Source of the DNA: Octopus bimaculoides
Taxonomy: Eukaryota
Length of the DNA: 33,941 nucleotides
Direction of reading: 5' to 3'
NCBI RefSeq assembly: GCF_001194135.2
Contig: NC_068984.1
Coordinates: 72,463,579 to 72,497,519, forward strand
Below are positions 11,287-24,870 of this stretch, piece after piece. Each line of letters opens with the position of its first letter. Within the stretch, counting starts at the first letter, position 1. The notes beneath the pieces were generated by a model. That model saw nothing but the letters and a program-made list of their open reading frames with translations, was not told where the DNA came from and did no database searches. The position numbers and the translations under genes were made by a program.

Positions 11287-12024
11287 TGATTTATATATAC
11301 TTATATATATATATATGTATCTATGAATATACATGCATACGTACATATACATGTGTGTTTTTTGGAGAGAGAAAGAGTGTGTGTGTATGTGTGTGTGTGT
11401 GTGTGTGTGAGTGTATCTGGTGCTAATATTTCACTGCTTTCGGACCTCACCTATCACTTGATGATATACAGCTTGGAGATACAATATACATTGAATCTTG
11501 CGGTCATACAAAATAGTTTAATAAAACACATTCTTTGAAACTACATCAGTGTGCTGTCCGTGAAACTATATTTTCACACCCAGGAAACGAAAGCGTAGCT
11601 TGGAATGTAAGGTTTGGATAGGAATATCCATTTTCCTTTCCGTATATTGGCACTGTAATGCCAGATATAATGTAAGGAATAAACAACATCGTTATATTCT
11701 CGTCTTTCAAACATTGACTCAGACATCACTTTTTTTTCTTCTTTTTCTACTATTAAGTTAAAATCCATTCCGTTTTAGAGCTGATTGTAGACTTGTAGTC
11801 GTATTGAAGTAAATTGCAGTGACAGTAATGAGAGGAGCTCAAGAATCTTGTCCTTTCCGATAAACAAATTTCTATAATTACAGATCGATTCATTTTCAAT
11901 ACTATTTTTTGTTTGAATTACTTGTTACACTTTTATTGGGAAACAAAGAAATAAATAAGAAAAAACACATATTTCTAAGAATGTTTCTCTATTTGCAAAA
12001 CATGCTTATTAATCTAACTATCAA

Positions 12025-12087
<63 letters not shown>

Positions 12088-12098
12088 ATCTTCGGGAC

Positions 12099-12137
<39 letters not shown>

Positions 12138-12217
12138 CGCACGTACACACACGCATGCAAGCACAAACACACACAAATACACACACACACTCTCTCTCAC
12201 ACACTCCCACAGACTCA

Positions 12218-12258
<41 letters not shown>
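12025..12258. repeat. (CT)n-(CA)n-(TA)n compound microsatellite
   Basis: Directly visible; together with the gap it creates the 300+ aa artefact ORFs. Confidence 0.95.
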
Positions 12259-12676
12259 NNNNNNNNNNNNNNNNNNNNNNNNNNNNNNNNNNNNNNNNNN
12301 NNNNNNNNNNNNNNNNNNNNNNNNNNNNNNNNNNNNNNNNNNNNNNNNNNNNNNNNNNNNNNNNNNNNNNNNNNNNNNNNNNNNNNNNNNNNNNNNNNNN
12401 NNNNNNNNNNNNNNNNNNNNNNNNNNNNNNNNNNNNNNNNNNNNNNNNNNNNNNNNNNNNNNNNNNNNNNNNNNNNNNNNNNNNNNNNNNNNNNNNNNNN
12501 NNNNNNNNNNNNNNNNNNNNNNNNNNNNNNNNNNNNNNNNNNNNNNNNNNNNNNNNNNNNNNNNNNNNNNNNNNNNNNNNNNNNNNNNNNNNNNNNNNNN
12601 NNNNNNNNNNNNNNNNNNNNNNNNNNNNNNNNNNNNNNNNNNNNNNNNNNNNNNNNNNNNNNNNNNNNNNNNNNNN

Positions 12677-12721
<45 letters not shown>

Positions 12722-12724
12722 AGT

Positions 12725-12815
12725 GGGTTTTTCGTAAGTGTCCACCATAGAGCAGGGCTGAACCACAAAGTATACAGTTGCGAAGCGAACGTCTTTCCCA
12801 TACGGCTGTGCCTGG
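12725..12815 (-). mobile_element. highly degenerate SINE family B head
   Basis: Reverse complement CACAGCCGTATGGGAAAGACGTTCGCTTCGCAAC..GGTTCAGCCC..GGTGGACACTT resembles the head of the 22018-22388 copy. Confidence 0.45.
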
Positions 12816-12829
12816 AACTACACAAACAC

Positions 12830-12960
12830 GTGTATGTAGGTATGTATGTATGTATGTATATATGTACGTAAGTATGTACGTATGTATGTATGAATGTATG
12901 TATGTATGAATGTGTATGTATGTGTGTAGATGTATGGATGTGTGCGTGTGTATCTGCATG
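12830..12960. repeat. (TATG)n microsatellite
   Basis: Directly visible. Confidence 0.9.
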
Positions 12961-13493
12961 TATATCATGAACCTTCCATTTGATATCTTTATACTTAGCT
13001 ATGTAAATGTCTATATGTTTGTTAGAGTGACTGGTTATTTTTCTCAATCGATTACCGTTTCCATTTAACTATATATTTGCTGTCTCTCCTTCAATCGACG
13101 ACTAAAATAACAATACATACACACGAAAGAGAAACCTATGATCTTTAAAACACTAAAAATCATCAATCAAACTACTACACTTCGCCATGTCACAGTACTA
13201 AATAAATAAGCATTCTCCAAATAAAGTACCTCAAGCGTTGGGAACACTTGCTTGAAGTGAAAAGAAAAAAAAATAATAAATAAACATCTTCCATGCGATT
13301 TGATTGAACGAGAACAATAATGTCTATTGCATCATGCCAGTCGCCGGTGCTGCCTTAATGTCCAGAGACCTGGAGCTATTCAGGAAGACATTTTGCAGTC
13401 TTTGAATCTAATAGTAGTAGCAACTAAATTCATTCCAATTGCTCCTTGCATATTTAATATAAGTAAAAACGATGAACACTTCGGCTAATAGTC

Positions 13494-13565
<72 letters not shown>
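13494..13565. repeat. (TA)n(TG)n microsatellite
   Basis: Directly visible. Confidence 0.95.
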
Positions 13566-13569
<4 letters not shown>

Positions 13570-13726
13570 GATAGAACCATTATGGATGTAATAAACTTTG
13601 AACCCGACTAATCAGTCAGGGTTAAACTTTGATAAAGAACAGCTGTGACCCTAAAATAAAACTTTAGTGATACTCGCATAGGATAATCTAGCATATGTAA
13701 ATAGCCGTAAAGTATGATAGTGTATT

Positions 13727-13860
13727 GGGTAGGTAGTGGATAGGGTGTTCTCATGGTCACGATGGGTTCAATTTCTAGTCTAGGAAACGCATTGAGTCCT
13801 TTAGCAAAGCAATTCATTTCACGTTACTCAAGTTTACTCAGCTGTTAATGAATACCAACC
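13727..13860 (+). mobile_element. tRNA-derived SINE family C (A/B boxes plus CORE-like domain)
   Basis: A-box-like TAGTGGATAGGG and B-box-like GGGTTCAATTTC, then GTCCTTTAGCAAAGCAATTCATTTCACGTTACTCAAGTTTACTCAGCTGTTAATG. Confidence 0.65.
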
Positions 13861-14789
13861 GAGTGCAGGATGTAGATCCCTCCCTCTGTTTGTCGGTTTG
13901 TCTGGCTGTCTGCCTGTCTGTTTGTCCTTCTGCAGCTCTCTTAATATCACCCGCTAAGTGTACTGCTGAATGTCGTAGGTAGAACCGATGCGGTATGTCT
14001 TTTAGCAACCTGAAAAGCATCTGAAACAGTTAATGAACGACTGGTATATTTTAAGAAGCAACACATGCTGGTGAGTAAAAGGCTATCTGTATTTGTACTC
14101 ACAACAATTTTGCTTCTCAGTCGAAATATCTGGGGTTCGATCAAACTGTACAGCATCTCAGGCAATTGTTATTTATTCAAACATAGTCATGCTTGTGAAA
14201 CTGGGTAGATAGAAAATGCCTAAAAATCTGTAGAATGTTTTTGCCTGTTATTTGAAAGGTCACCCGTGTCATATACACTTCATTCCGCTGATACGTCTTG
14301 TGGAATACACAGCCGATGACACGCTAATTCAATGAATAGCAAGTTCGGATGTGACATCATCCACATCATCGAAGCGATTTACATTTATTAATTTTTTCGA
14401 TTGTCCTTGTTTTCTTTCTTGTTACTTAAACCCGATGATTCATCAAGGAGTTGTATAGTCTAAAGCATCCCGATATTAAACCACCCAGACTTCGTCACGA
14501 AAAGTTACACCTAAGATCATTAACCTAACGTATCTTTTATATTTTAGGAAAGTAGGATGTGAGTTAATAGAGATGTCGTTGTTATTTCTACCAGGACCAT
14601 TGTCCATGTGAAAATTACCCCATTGCCTCTTTCAACGTTATAAAGTGAATCGAAGCAAAGCTAACCAGCCAAATCTCATTATTCTATCGGTTACCGAATA
14701 AAATTTATGAACATTATTGAAAATGAAATCGATTTTTTAAAAGCGAATTTCGAAGCTGACTTCCCCATACTGCACGGTATTCGTATAGT

Positions 14790-14823
<34 letters not shown>

Positions 14824-15384
14824 NNNNNNNNNNNNNNNNNNNNNNNNNNNNNNNNNNNNNNNNNNNNNNNNNNNNNNNNNNNNNNNNNNNNNNNNNNNNN
14901 NNNNNNNNNNNNNNNNNNNNNNNNNNNNNNNNNNNNNNNNNNNNNNNNNNNNNNNNNNNNNNNNNNNNNNNNNNNNNNNNNNNNNNNNNNNNNNNNNNNN
15001 NNNNNNNNNNNNNNNNNNNNNNNNNNNNNNNNNNNNNNNNNNNNNNNNNNNNNNNNNNNNNNNNNNNNNNNNAATATCATTATTTTAATTTTTGTAGCCT
15101 ATCCTTAGATTTCACATAGAATTTGATTACCGCTCTTTGAAAATGACGTCCAAGTAGGTGCACCCATCTGAACTGAGTAGCTCTTTGGCAGATTTTGAAC
15201 ATCTTTCCGTTCAACAATTCTACACCAGCTAGTTTAATTATGAGGACGGTCAAAGAGGACGTGATTCTAATTTTCTTTTTTTTCTTTCTTTTATTTTTCT
15301 GTTTTTTTTTTTTATTCACACTTTGTCACTTCTGTCCACTTTTTGCATCAACCTCTTGGTTTTTGTTTTGTGGCTTTCCATGTA

Positions 15385-15690
15385 CCATCGGCCTGATAAT
15401 ATGGGAGGTAAGTGAGATTGGGCGATAGTTAACTGTAAGAGACCCATTTCACTTTTTGAAGACCGCAATGGCAGATTGGGATGAGAATTGTTTCGGTATA
15501 TGGCCTGAATCTAAAGTATTTCTCCAGAGGTTATAGGAGTTGCAAGTTGGTGTCTACTCGACTTCTTCTATGATACAGGAGAAGGCCATTAATGAACATT
15601 CGTCCCAGTATGTTATCCCCTAGAATCAATGATATTAAGATTAGTTCTTCAGTTGTGACCTAATAATATCAGTCTAAAGGATTATAGAGG
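15385..15690 (-). mobile_element. CR1/L2/Jockey-group LINE ORF2 fragment (N-terminal edge of the reverse transcriptase), pseudogenised
   Basis: Minus strand reads RHQLATPIT/LWRNTLDSGHIPKQFSSQSAIAVFKK*NGSLTVNYRPISLTSHII. The FKKG..NYRPISLTS motif is characteristic of APE-type LINE reverse transcriptases. It is absent from the ORF track because of stops and a frameshift. Confidence 0.8.
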
Positions 15691-18600
15691 TCTCAGATGA
15701 TCATAATATCAGCATTTACTTTATGAGCAAAAGAAATGGAGGAAATGGGGTTTACAATTCAGAGTTACACTTCGTAGGAAAAGATAGTGTGGTGAAATAT
15801 TTTATCATCCTTTATTTCTTCCTTCTTCAAGCTTTCTCATACAACTCTACATTTATTTGGGAATTTAAACTAAGAATTTTTTGCATGCGGCATTTTGTTC
15901 ATCCTCATTTAACTTAATTATATGATTTCATGGTTAAGTTTCTTAAGATCATTTAATATTGCTTTACTGAAGTGTTGTGGAAGGATTCCGATCACTGCCC
16001 AAGTGGCTAGAGGTGGACTGATTCGTTGTTATCAATTAAAGAACTGTGAGCAATTGGGAGATCGTGTTGGTAGCAGTTCACTGTGAGCCGTTGATATAAA
16101 GTGTTGAGTTTCGTGTAATCGAAAATGATAGTGCGTCGTCTATATACTTTCCTTTCCCCTGCTTCGTTATATTATATATCCAGTACAAGGATATAAAGTA
16201 AAGAATAAAAACAAATATAACACACATTCAAGAAAAAAATCAATGAAATACATACATACAAATTAAGGATGTTTAACATCGGTAAAGCGTGATTATGTCA
16301 ATTTCGATACTTGAAATATCATGGCAAGTTAAGGTACTGTAATCTCAATTATGAATTCACAGGATCTGTTTGATGTGTTTGTGTTTAGTTCGAGGATCTT
16401 CATTTCGTATTATTCCACTTTATTCTGCCAAATAGGAGTACCAGTTGCAGCTGAACGTTGTCAGTGTTACGAGAATCTGCGAACGCGTCTACTGGGTCGT
16501 CTTCAAAGAGTATAAGTACATGAAAAACTGAGATATGAAGCGATCTAACGAACCAGTAGAATACAAATAGACTTTAACTTAGTGTACATTTTAACGATTC
16601 CAAACGAGGGAAAAGCAAATCTGATATTGCAGAGAACTGAGCTTAGGATATAAGGTCACGTAAGTAAATACCGTTGCCATGTTTTGCCTGAAATTTCAAA
16701 CCACCATTATCACAAACATACATCTATATACATATATAAAAAAAAAAACANNNNNNNNNNNNNNNNNNNNNNNNNNNNNNNNNNNNNNNNNNNNNNNNNN
16801 NNNNNNNNNNNNNNNNNNNNNNNNNNNNNNNNNNNNNNNNNNNNNNNNNNNNNNNNNNNNNNNNNNNNNNNNNNNNNNNNNNNNNNNNNNNNNNNNNNNN
16901 NNNNNNNNNNNNNNNNNNNNNNNNNNNNNNNNNNNNNNNNNNNNNNNNNNNNNNNNNNNNNNNNNNNNNNNNNNNNNNNNNNNNNNNNNNNNNNNNNNNN
17001 NNNNNNNNNNNNNNNNNNNNNNNNNNNNNNNNNNNNNATAAAAAAAGATAACTACGGAAAAGTTACGACGCAAAAGATTTTGATCTGTGCTGTTGTTTAA
17101 ACAAAACAAAGGCATCTATCTCACACAACTACTTGGTAAATTTTATCATGGTATCTAGGTAAATTACTCGTATTTTACAACTGTTGTCGCAGACGTCTTG
17201 GAAAGATTTAATGGCGAATAAACTTGACAGCGGAAACTGGCAGATTTTATTTCGTTTTATTATCCTCGTCTTCTGCTTGGCGACTGGGTATCGGCAAAAT
17301 TGTTACTGCTCTTAATTCTGACTCTCCAAAAGTTACTGCAGTATTTGATATAGAATTAGTTTTGCAAATATATGTATCATTTATATGTATATATGTACGC
17401 ACGCGCACGCACGTACACACACGCACACGCACACACGGAACCATTTATGTATCATACTTAATGTTACTACATCGTTGGAAGGCAAAATTATGGTGGTATA
17501 AGTCCAGAGATAACTTCTCTCATGGACGTATTACATAATATGTATATAATGATAGGAGATAAAAGTTATCCCAGCAGCGGTTACTGAGAACATTAGATTT
17601 ATTTCGGCCTCATTGAGACTTGTCAATGGCTTCTAGTCACAGCCATCAGCTTGTACAGCTTAAACAAGCTTTGTTGTCTTCGTTATATAGGAAGTGGGTG
17701 AAAAATCATTCACTGGTATTATGAATAACCATCTATGTATCATGTTTAATGTAAACACATGGGTGAAAAATATATTTACTGCAGTATTCGTCTAGAGGTA
17801 ATATCTCTTAAGGACGTGTTTTGTTTAAAATCACAAAATATATCGGAGGAACTGCTTTAATTTACTACGTTTTTGCATATAATTGTCTTTTATTCAACTA
17901 AGTGGTTATTCGCAATACTAGTGAATAGTTTTCATTGTTTACTTATATATCAGAGACGATAACCTTCATCTAAACCTGTACCTGACTGTGAGTAATTACC
18001 TTTGGACCGTGGCCGAAGTGGATCTGGTGTCCTTGTTAGCAACTGTTGGAATGATTGCCATCTCCATCCGATATATACTTTCTTTTTAAACTTAGCTCGC
18101 CCATAAAAGGTTTTATCTCCAGACGAATACAGCCGTAAATTTGCCTGTCAATGATGAAATTACATTAAATGCAATACAAGTTAATTCTTTTATTAATTCC
18201 GCTCGGTGGTTACTTGTAATACCAGTGAATGCTTTTCGCTGTTTTCCAGTATAACGGAGGCGACAAGTATCGTTGAAGCATGTTGCTGACTGTAACTACG
18301 CGTAACAGACAAAATTGAGAAAAGCTGAAATGCATCTGGTGTTGTCATTTGTTGCCACTGGAAAGACTTTTCCCTATCGCTGATATATATCTATATTTCG
18401 CCATTATAGTAGCTTCTCGGTACTGTGTACTTGAAACAATTCGAAACGAAATGAATGGCTGGACTGTGAAATATATGCAAATAATGTGAAGTCTATTTGC
18501 TGGGGAGCTGCAACGTAACATGAAGATTAAATTATGGATTGAAACCAGCTCTAATAACGTATACCTTATCGGTCGCACATACATAGTATATGTGTTCTGT

Positions 18601-18816
18601 TTATATGCGCATTTGCTGCAGTATATCAATATCTATCATTCTCAATCATCTCAAGGCGCGTTGACTCGCCTGGTCTGGAATATTCAGTGTTCTTTAACAC
18701 TCGGCGTTGTATAGGGAGCTTTTCCGTGACACTATCTCGCTTTAAATGGATAATCGAAACACATCCACTATGTATGTACGACCAATAGTATATACATATA
18801 TATATATATATATATA

Positions 18817-19640
18817 NNNNNNNNNNNNNNNNNNNNNNNNNNNNNNNNNNNNNNNNNNNNNNNNNNNNNNNNNNNNNNNNNNNNNNNNNNNNNNNNNNNN
18901 NNNNNNNNNNNNNNNNNNNNNNNNNNNNNNNNNNNNNNNNNNNNNNNNNNNNNNNNNNNNNNNNNNNNNNNNNNNNNNNNNNNNNNNNNNNNNNNNNNNN
19001 NNNNNNNNNNNNNNNNNNNNNNNNNNNNNNNNNNNNNNNNNNNNNNNNNNNNNNNNNNNNNNNNNNNNNNNNNNNNNNNNNNNNNNNNNNNNNNNNNNNN
19101 NNNNNNNNNNNNNNNNNNNNNNNNNNNNNNNNNNNNNNNNNNNNNNNNNNNNNNNNNNNNNNNNNNNNNNNNNNNNNNNNNNNNNNNNNNNNNNNNNNNN
19201 NNNNNNNNNNNNNNNNNNNNNNNNNNNNNNNNNNNNNNNNNNNNNNNNNNNNNNNNNNNNNNNNNNNNNNNNNNNNNNNNNNNNNNNNNNNNNNNNNNNN
19301 NNNNNNNNNNNNNNNNNNNNNNNNNNNNNNNNNNNNNNNNNNNNNNNNNNNNNNNNNNNNNNNNNNNNNNNNNNNNNNNNNNNNNNNNNNNNNNNNNNNN
19401 NNNNNNNNNNNNNNNNNNNNNNNNNNNNNNNNNNNNNNNNNNNNNNNNNNNNNNNNNNNNNNNNNNNNNNNNNNNNNNNNNNNNNNNNNNNNNNNNNNNN
19501 NNNNNNNNNNNNNNNNNNNNNNNNNNNNNNNNNNNNNNNNNNNNNNNNNNNNNNNNNNNNNNNNNNNNNNNNNNNNNNNNNNNNNNNNNNNNNNNNNNNN
19601 NNNNNNNNNNNNNNNNNNNNNNNNNNNNNNNNNNNNNNNG
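18817..19640. other. largest assembly gap (others at 2129, 5463, 7043, 8345, 10903, 12259, 14824, 16751, 24467)
   Basis: N runs, most bordered by microsatellites or tandem repeats, as expected of a short-read scaffold. Confidence 0.99.
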
Positions 19641-19739
19641 CATGGAATTGATCAGCATTCATTTTTTCAAGCGAAACTATGGAATTAGAGCTTTATTTCC
19701 ATATTGAAGACGTTTCCTATAAACAAATTTAAAAGATAG

Positions 19740-19786
<47 letters not shown>

Positions 19787-21146
19787 CAGGCTAAATATTC
19801 CTTGAACGATTGAGTTCCCAGGAAAAAAATGAGTTCGTTTTGAATCACGTTCTTCCGTACTTCTGCGTCTGTTTGCACTGTTAAACAAAACTTAGGCTGT
19901 TCTCTGATTGTAGCGTTCAGTATAGTTAACGTTATTGCACGGAGCTTTGTACTAAGATGTCTCCACTGTCCCTGCCACCAAAGCTGAAAAAGCGCTGTAT
20001 ACGTGTGTGACAGAATAAACCTAAGATATGTGAGTCGCGCTTCTACGTTTAGGTATATTTCGCCACTACTGTTTCACGATTGCATTATGTTTACGATAAG
20101 ACCAGATACAGTATGACTTCGTTGGTCCATTTCAATGGTGATTTTTCTGGGGAATACTCAACCATGTGCAATATTTTTCATTAAGTAATTCACTTATCTG
20201 AACAATAGAAATGTTTATTGTGGAAGCCGTTGTTGATCAATTTATCTATTTTTTTCTTTTTCGTTAAACGTGACACTTATTTTGTATGTGACACTTATTT
20301 TAGCGAAGTCCATTTTGATGCAAACATTTGGGTCATGATTTCGGTTTCAGCACACCTTTCCTCCTTCCGACCTGTCTCATTACAGGACGTCTGAGGCAGG
20401 TTGGAAGAAGAGAAGACGGTTTGCTCAAACCGGGAATGTGCCCCAAATGCTTGCAGTAGGGTGAACTTCGCTAAAGGCATACAAGATGAAAAGTGTTGGT
20501 GTTAAACCTAACGATGGTTTATGATTAAGATGAAGTTAAATAGAAGACAAGGAGGGCCTTAAATCAGGAAAATCAATTGACTTCAAATTCTCTTAATATA
20601 AATCTTTTACGTCAAATTTAACATTTTATTTATTAGGAACGTCAGAACGTGGAAGTAGTAAGAGTTAATTAGAAGTAGTTTTCAAACACGTTTCTACTGG
20701 TCAGTTTTTCATACCGTATGACCAGCCATCATTGTGTTCATGGTTAATAGCACTTATCTCTTACAAGCAGTGTCCATCTTGCAAAACATCGACAATGCAA
20801 TAAATGTACTAATATATACAGACATATACTGCACGTATACGCAAATTCTGTTTCAATGGGAAGTTTGAAGATAGAAATACAATGTAGAGAAATTGTAATT
20901 TTGAAAGCAATTTCGTATTATCTATTGTATCAATTACAGACATTTGCATTCTTCTAGCTTACGTAGGCAATTTTCTTCGAAACTATTGCAAGAGAAGAAA
21001 AAAATGAATGGCATGATGATTTACTTTACCATGGTCAAATTCTTTTTAGATTGAATTGAAAGACTACACTATTATAATAAAATTAGAATCACTGTTGTTC
21101 AAGATACGTAAATTGATATTAATTATAGTAAGAAAACAATGATTAG

Positions 21147-21179
21147 CTCTCTCTCTCTCTCTTTCTTTCTCTCTCTCTC

Positions 21180-21223
<44 letters not shown>

Positions 21224-21232
21224 GCTCTCTCT
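21147..21232. repeat. (CT)n microsatellite
   Basis: Directly visible. Confidence 0.95.
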
Positions 21233-21414
21233 AGTATCAGCATCGCCATTAATACCACCATCCCCGTAGGCCTGATAATCGTCAGCAGGTTTTCTGAGAT
21301 TGAAATCTCAATGCTTTACTTTGTTCTCAACAAGATAATGCTCAAGATTATCATGTTTTCACTGACCCGGTCAAATGAAACAGCCAGCCATTGAATATTT
21401 ATATCGGGCTGTGA

Positions 21415-21605
21415 GAAGTATATATATATACATACACACACATGTATATACATATGTATATATGCACATATGTATGCATGTAAGTATATACACATACATA
21501 TTTATGTTTATATAATTGTATAGGTGTACATTTGTGTATACATACATATATATGTATGTGTGTGTATATATATATTAAGAGAGAGAGAGAGAGAGAAAGA
21601 GAGAG
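21415..21605. repeat. (TA/CA/TG)n low-complexity tract plus (GA)n
   Basis: Directly visible. Confidence 0.85.
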
Positions 21606-22017
21606 ATGTAATGCAAAGATGACCCTAAGGTCAACGTAAAACGAGTTATCTTGATAAGATTGGGCTCAAAGTAGACACTGAATGAATTAACTGTATCATT
21701 GATAGACTTAGATCGGTCGGCATTTCAATTGATACAGTATAAAACTTGTTCATAATTTTCCCTGTAATTTCGTTCACGGAAGTTCATATGTTTTGAACTG
21801 ATTGTCCCTTGGCTCTTCTATGTCAGTTACATATTTCTCTCTCACTATATATTCTATATACTTAACACAGTGAGATGCTCAATTCTCTAATACTTTGTCA
21901 TTCGCAAACAGCAACCAGGTAATCTTCAAATCAAGTTACCATTTGTATTTCTCACTGTGTCGTTCTCTTTCTTTGTCTTTCTCTGTAGCTCTCTACACAT
22001 ACTCTCTCTTTTAGTCT

Positions 22018-22388
22018 TTTACTTGTTCAGTCATTTGACTGCGGCCATGCTGGAGCACCGCAAATCGCCCCCAGGACTTATTCTTTGTAAGACTAGTACT
22101 TACTCTATCGTTCTGTTTTGCCGAACCGCTAAGTTACTGGGACGTAGACACACCAGCATCGGTTGTCAAGCGATGTTGGTGGGGACAAACACAGACACAC
22201 AAAACGCACACACATATATATATACATATACTTATATACGACGGTCTTCTTTCAGTTTCCGTCTACCAAATCCACTCACAAGGCTTTGGTCGGGCCGAGG
22301 CTATAGTAGAAGACACTTGCTCAAGGTGCTGAACCCAGAATCATGTGGTTGGTAAGCAAGCTACTTACCACACAGCCACTTCTGCGCC
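22018..22388 (-). mobile_element. tRNA-derived SINE family B, near full length
   Basis: Reverse complement begins AGTGGCTGTGTGGTAAGTAGCTTGCTTACCAACCACATGATTCTGGGTTCAGCACCTTGAGCAAGTGTCTT, i.e. A box, B box, then a CORE-like CCTTGAGCAAGTGTCTT. It has an internal dinucleotide tract and a body shared with 10178-10505. Confidence 0.9.
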
Positions 22389-23928
22389 TGCATACATAAA
22401 GGCGTAAACACGCATATATATACGCATATATACATACCAGCATGACCGCAGCCACTTGGCTGAAACACATAAATAAATAAATAAATAAATAAATATAAAC
22501 GCACACACATACACACACACACACACACGCACACACACACATATGAATGCTTATATGTTTATATTATACAAGTTATATACTCGTACGCATGTGGGTGTGT
22601 TCACGTTGTTATGTTCTCTAAACTTTCAGAAAAAATTATCAGCGTGTTCTTCGCCGTGTAACGTGTTGTGCCGTGTATTACTGCATAATATATATAGTAT
22701 TGTGTATGTGTGTTTGCGCATGTGCATGTGTCTACGTATTCGTATACATATACGTTTATTACACAATGACATGCTTTGCCCGCATGCATATATGACGGGG
22801 AAAACATTTACTGATTGTGGCTTAAAGACCTGGAAACAAGATAACTTAGGGATATATTTGCAAAGGAATTGCAAACAATTAATGCGTTTATTGCATTATT
22901 ATCCTTAATGAAAACAGTACAATTTTGTTCTAAATGTCTAAATTTATAAAATGTAATTCTGCGATAAATGCTTCGTTTATTAATACTCTATTAGTATTGG
23001 ATTGCTGTTATTATGGAAACTAAATAAGTACCGTCAGTTAAAGTAATCAGTACAGTACCAGATAAATAAGTGGAGAACTGGAACGACTTCATAATAGTAT
23101 CTAGCTGGCCTGTTCTCTTCGTTACGAGAGAAAATATGTTCATATTAAAGACTTATAGATGCATTAACAGTCGATTCTGCATTTCTTTCGGCGTTGCTGA
23201 AAAATATAAAGTAAAAGACAACAACTACCAAATACTGAGGTTTATGCACTGCTCAATACCCTCTAACTACAAAGATTAACATAGTGTTTGATCAAATAAA
23301 CGCATTATTAGAAATATAATGTTGGTGAGCATTGAGGAGTAAGAGATAAGCTCTCAAACGGACCGAGAACGTGTGGTTTGTTTGATGCTCATTTACTTCA
23401 AATTAACTTCTGAAGTCTTTGAAAAAGTTGCCCAAGTCGTATTATCTTAGTCCAATACCCAATGCAATTTCTGGTTCCGTGGCTTTGTAACCGAATTGTA
23501 TTCACTTATTAGTATTGTAATGGGGACTTGTGAAAGCTTCGGAGAGCATGACGTAGATATTTGATAACCGAAGCTGTGCGATCTAGTTTCAATCTCCAGC
23601 TATGGCAGTTTTTAATTTACTCTATGTAAGTTTTCTAAAATTGTGAGAAAGTAACAGTATGCTAACATTTATTACTTGTTTCGCTATTAGTCAAAGCATT
23701 TTATGCATTCAGTGAAATATCATCCTTATATATTATAGAAAGAGATGCCAATGACAATGTACGCGTTTATTCTTCCGTTGCAAAATATATCACACACGTG
23801 CCTCTGTGTTTCAAGGAATTGCAACGCTATCACAAAATCTGAAGAATCGTGTAAAAGCAAAGGTTTATTATTATTAATATCGTTGTTGTTGTTGTTGATG
23901 CTGCTGTTGATGTTATTGTTGCTGTTGT

Positions 23929-24512
23929 TAAGGGGGCGAGCTGCCAGAATCGTGAGCAGGCCGGGCTAAATACTTAGTGATATTTCGTCTACATCGTTTT
24001 TAGCTTAAATTCTGCCGAGGTCGACTTTGTCTTTTTTTCTTTCGGGGTCGATAAGATAAATACCAGTTGAACCCTGGAGTCAATGTAGTCGATTTAACCC
24101 TTTCCCCCAAATTGCTGCTTTTGTAGAAAAATTTGAAACCATTATTATTATTGTTGTTGTTGTTGCTGCTGTTATTAAGGTGGCAAGTTGACAGAATCGT
24201 CAGCACGCCGGGGGAAATGCATAACAGCATTTAGTCTGTCGTTACGTCCTGATTGCAAACTCTGTCGATGTCGACTCTCTCCTTCATCCTTTTCGGGTTG
24301 TTAACTTAAGTACCATTTGGGTACTGGGGTCGATCTAATCGACTGCACCTCCCCCAAAATTTGAGGCCTTGTGCCTATAGTAGAAAGGATTATTATTATT
24401 ATCATTATTATTATTATTAGTAGTAGTAGTAGTAGTTGTAGTAGTAGTAGTAGTAGTAGTAGTAGTNNNNNNNNNNTTATCATTATTATTATTATTAGTA
24501 GTAGTAGTAGTT

Positions 24513-24548
<36 letters not shown>

Positions 24549-24870
24549 AGTTACCCTCTGAGTACAAATTCCGCCGAGGTCCACTTTGCCTTTCATCCTT
24601 TCGGGGGTCGATAAAATAAGTACCAGTTGAGCACTAGGGTCAATTACGTTGACTTAACTCATCCCCCGAGATTGCTGGCCTTGAGCCAAAATTTCAAATC
24701 GTTATATTATCATAATGAATGAGTTATGTTCTGAGTACAAATTCGGCCGAAGTTCACTCTGCCACTCGTTGTCGATAAAATAAATATTAGTTGAGTCCCG
24801 GAGTCGATGTAATTGACTAGTCACCCTCAACCAAGACATCAGTCCTGAGCGTATAGTAGAAAGGATTACT
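23929..24870 (+). mobile_element. SINE family A array of four head-to-tail copies separated by (ATT)/(TTG)/(AGT)n tracts
   Basis: Heads AAGGGGGCGAGCTGCCAGAATCGTGAGCA (~23929) and AAGGTGGCAAGTTGACAGAATCGTCAGCA (~24177). Truncated copies start CTGAGTACAAATTC at ~24558 and ~24731. All share the GTCGATAA(A/G)ATAA(G/A)TA body. Confidence 0.9.

Noticed and set aside
11909-13047. Longest ORFs in the track (300-350 aa), and likewise those at 8276, 14691, 16679 and 18742
   Set aside because: Made of X from N gaps plus dinucleotide translations.
13727-13790. Possible tRNA genes at the A/B-box matches here and at 22340, 23929 and 30660
   Set aside because: No complete cloverleaf, and each continues into a SINE body.
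15098-15139. QRAVIKF, resembling a mariner transposase N-terminus on the minus strand
   Set aside because: Only about 7 residues, with no TIR or further motifs.
17595-17655. Second hammerhead-like string on the minus strand (..GCCATTGA..TCAATGAGGCCGAAA)
   Set aside because: No intact CUGANGA at the right position and no stem I.
20355-20470. Strong plus-strand splice acceptor (AG at 20384-20385) followed by purine-rich sequence
   Set aside because: All three frames stop within about 26 codons and there is no convincing donor; it cannot be supported without RNA data.
24390-24550. Apparent tandem duplication of an (ATT)n(AGT)n block
   Set aside because: The two near-identical blocks flank a 10-N gap, most likely overlapping contig ends or two alleles.
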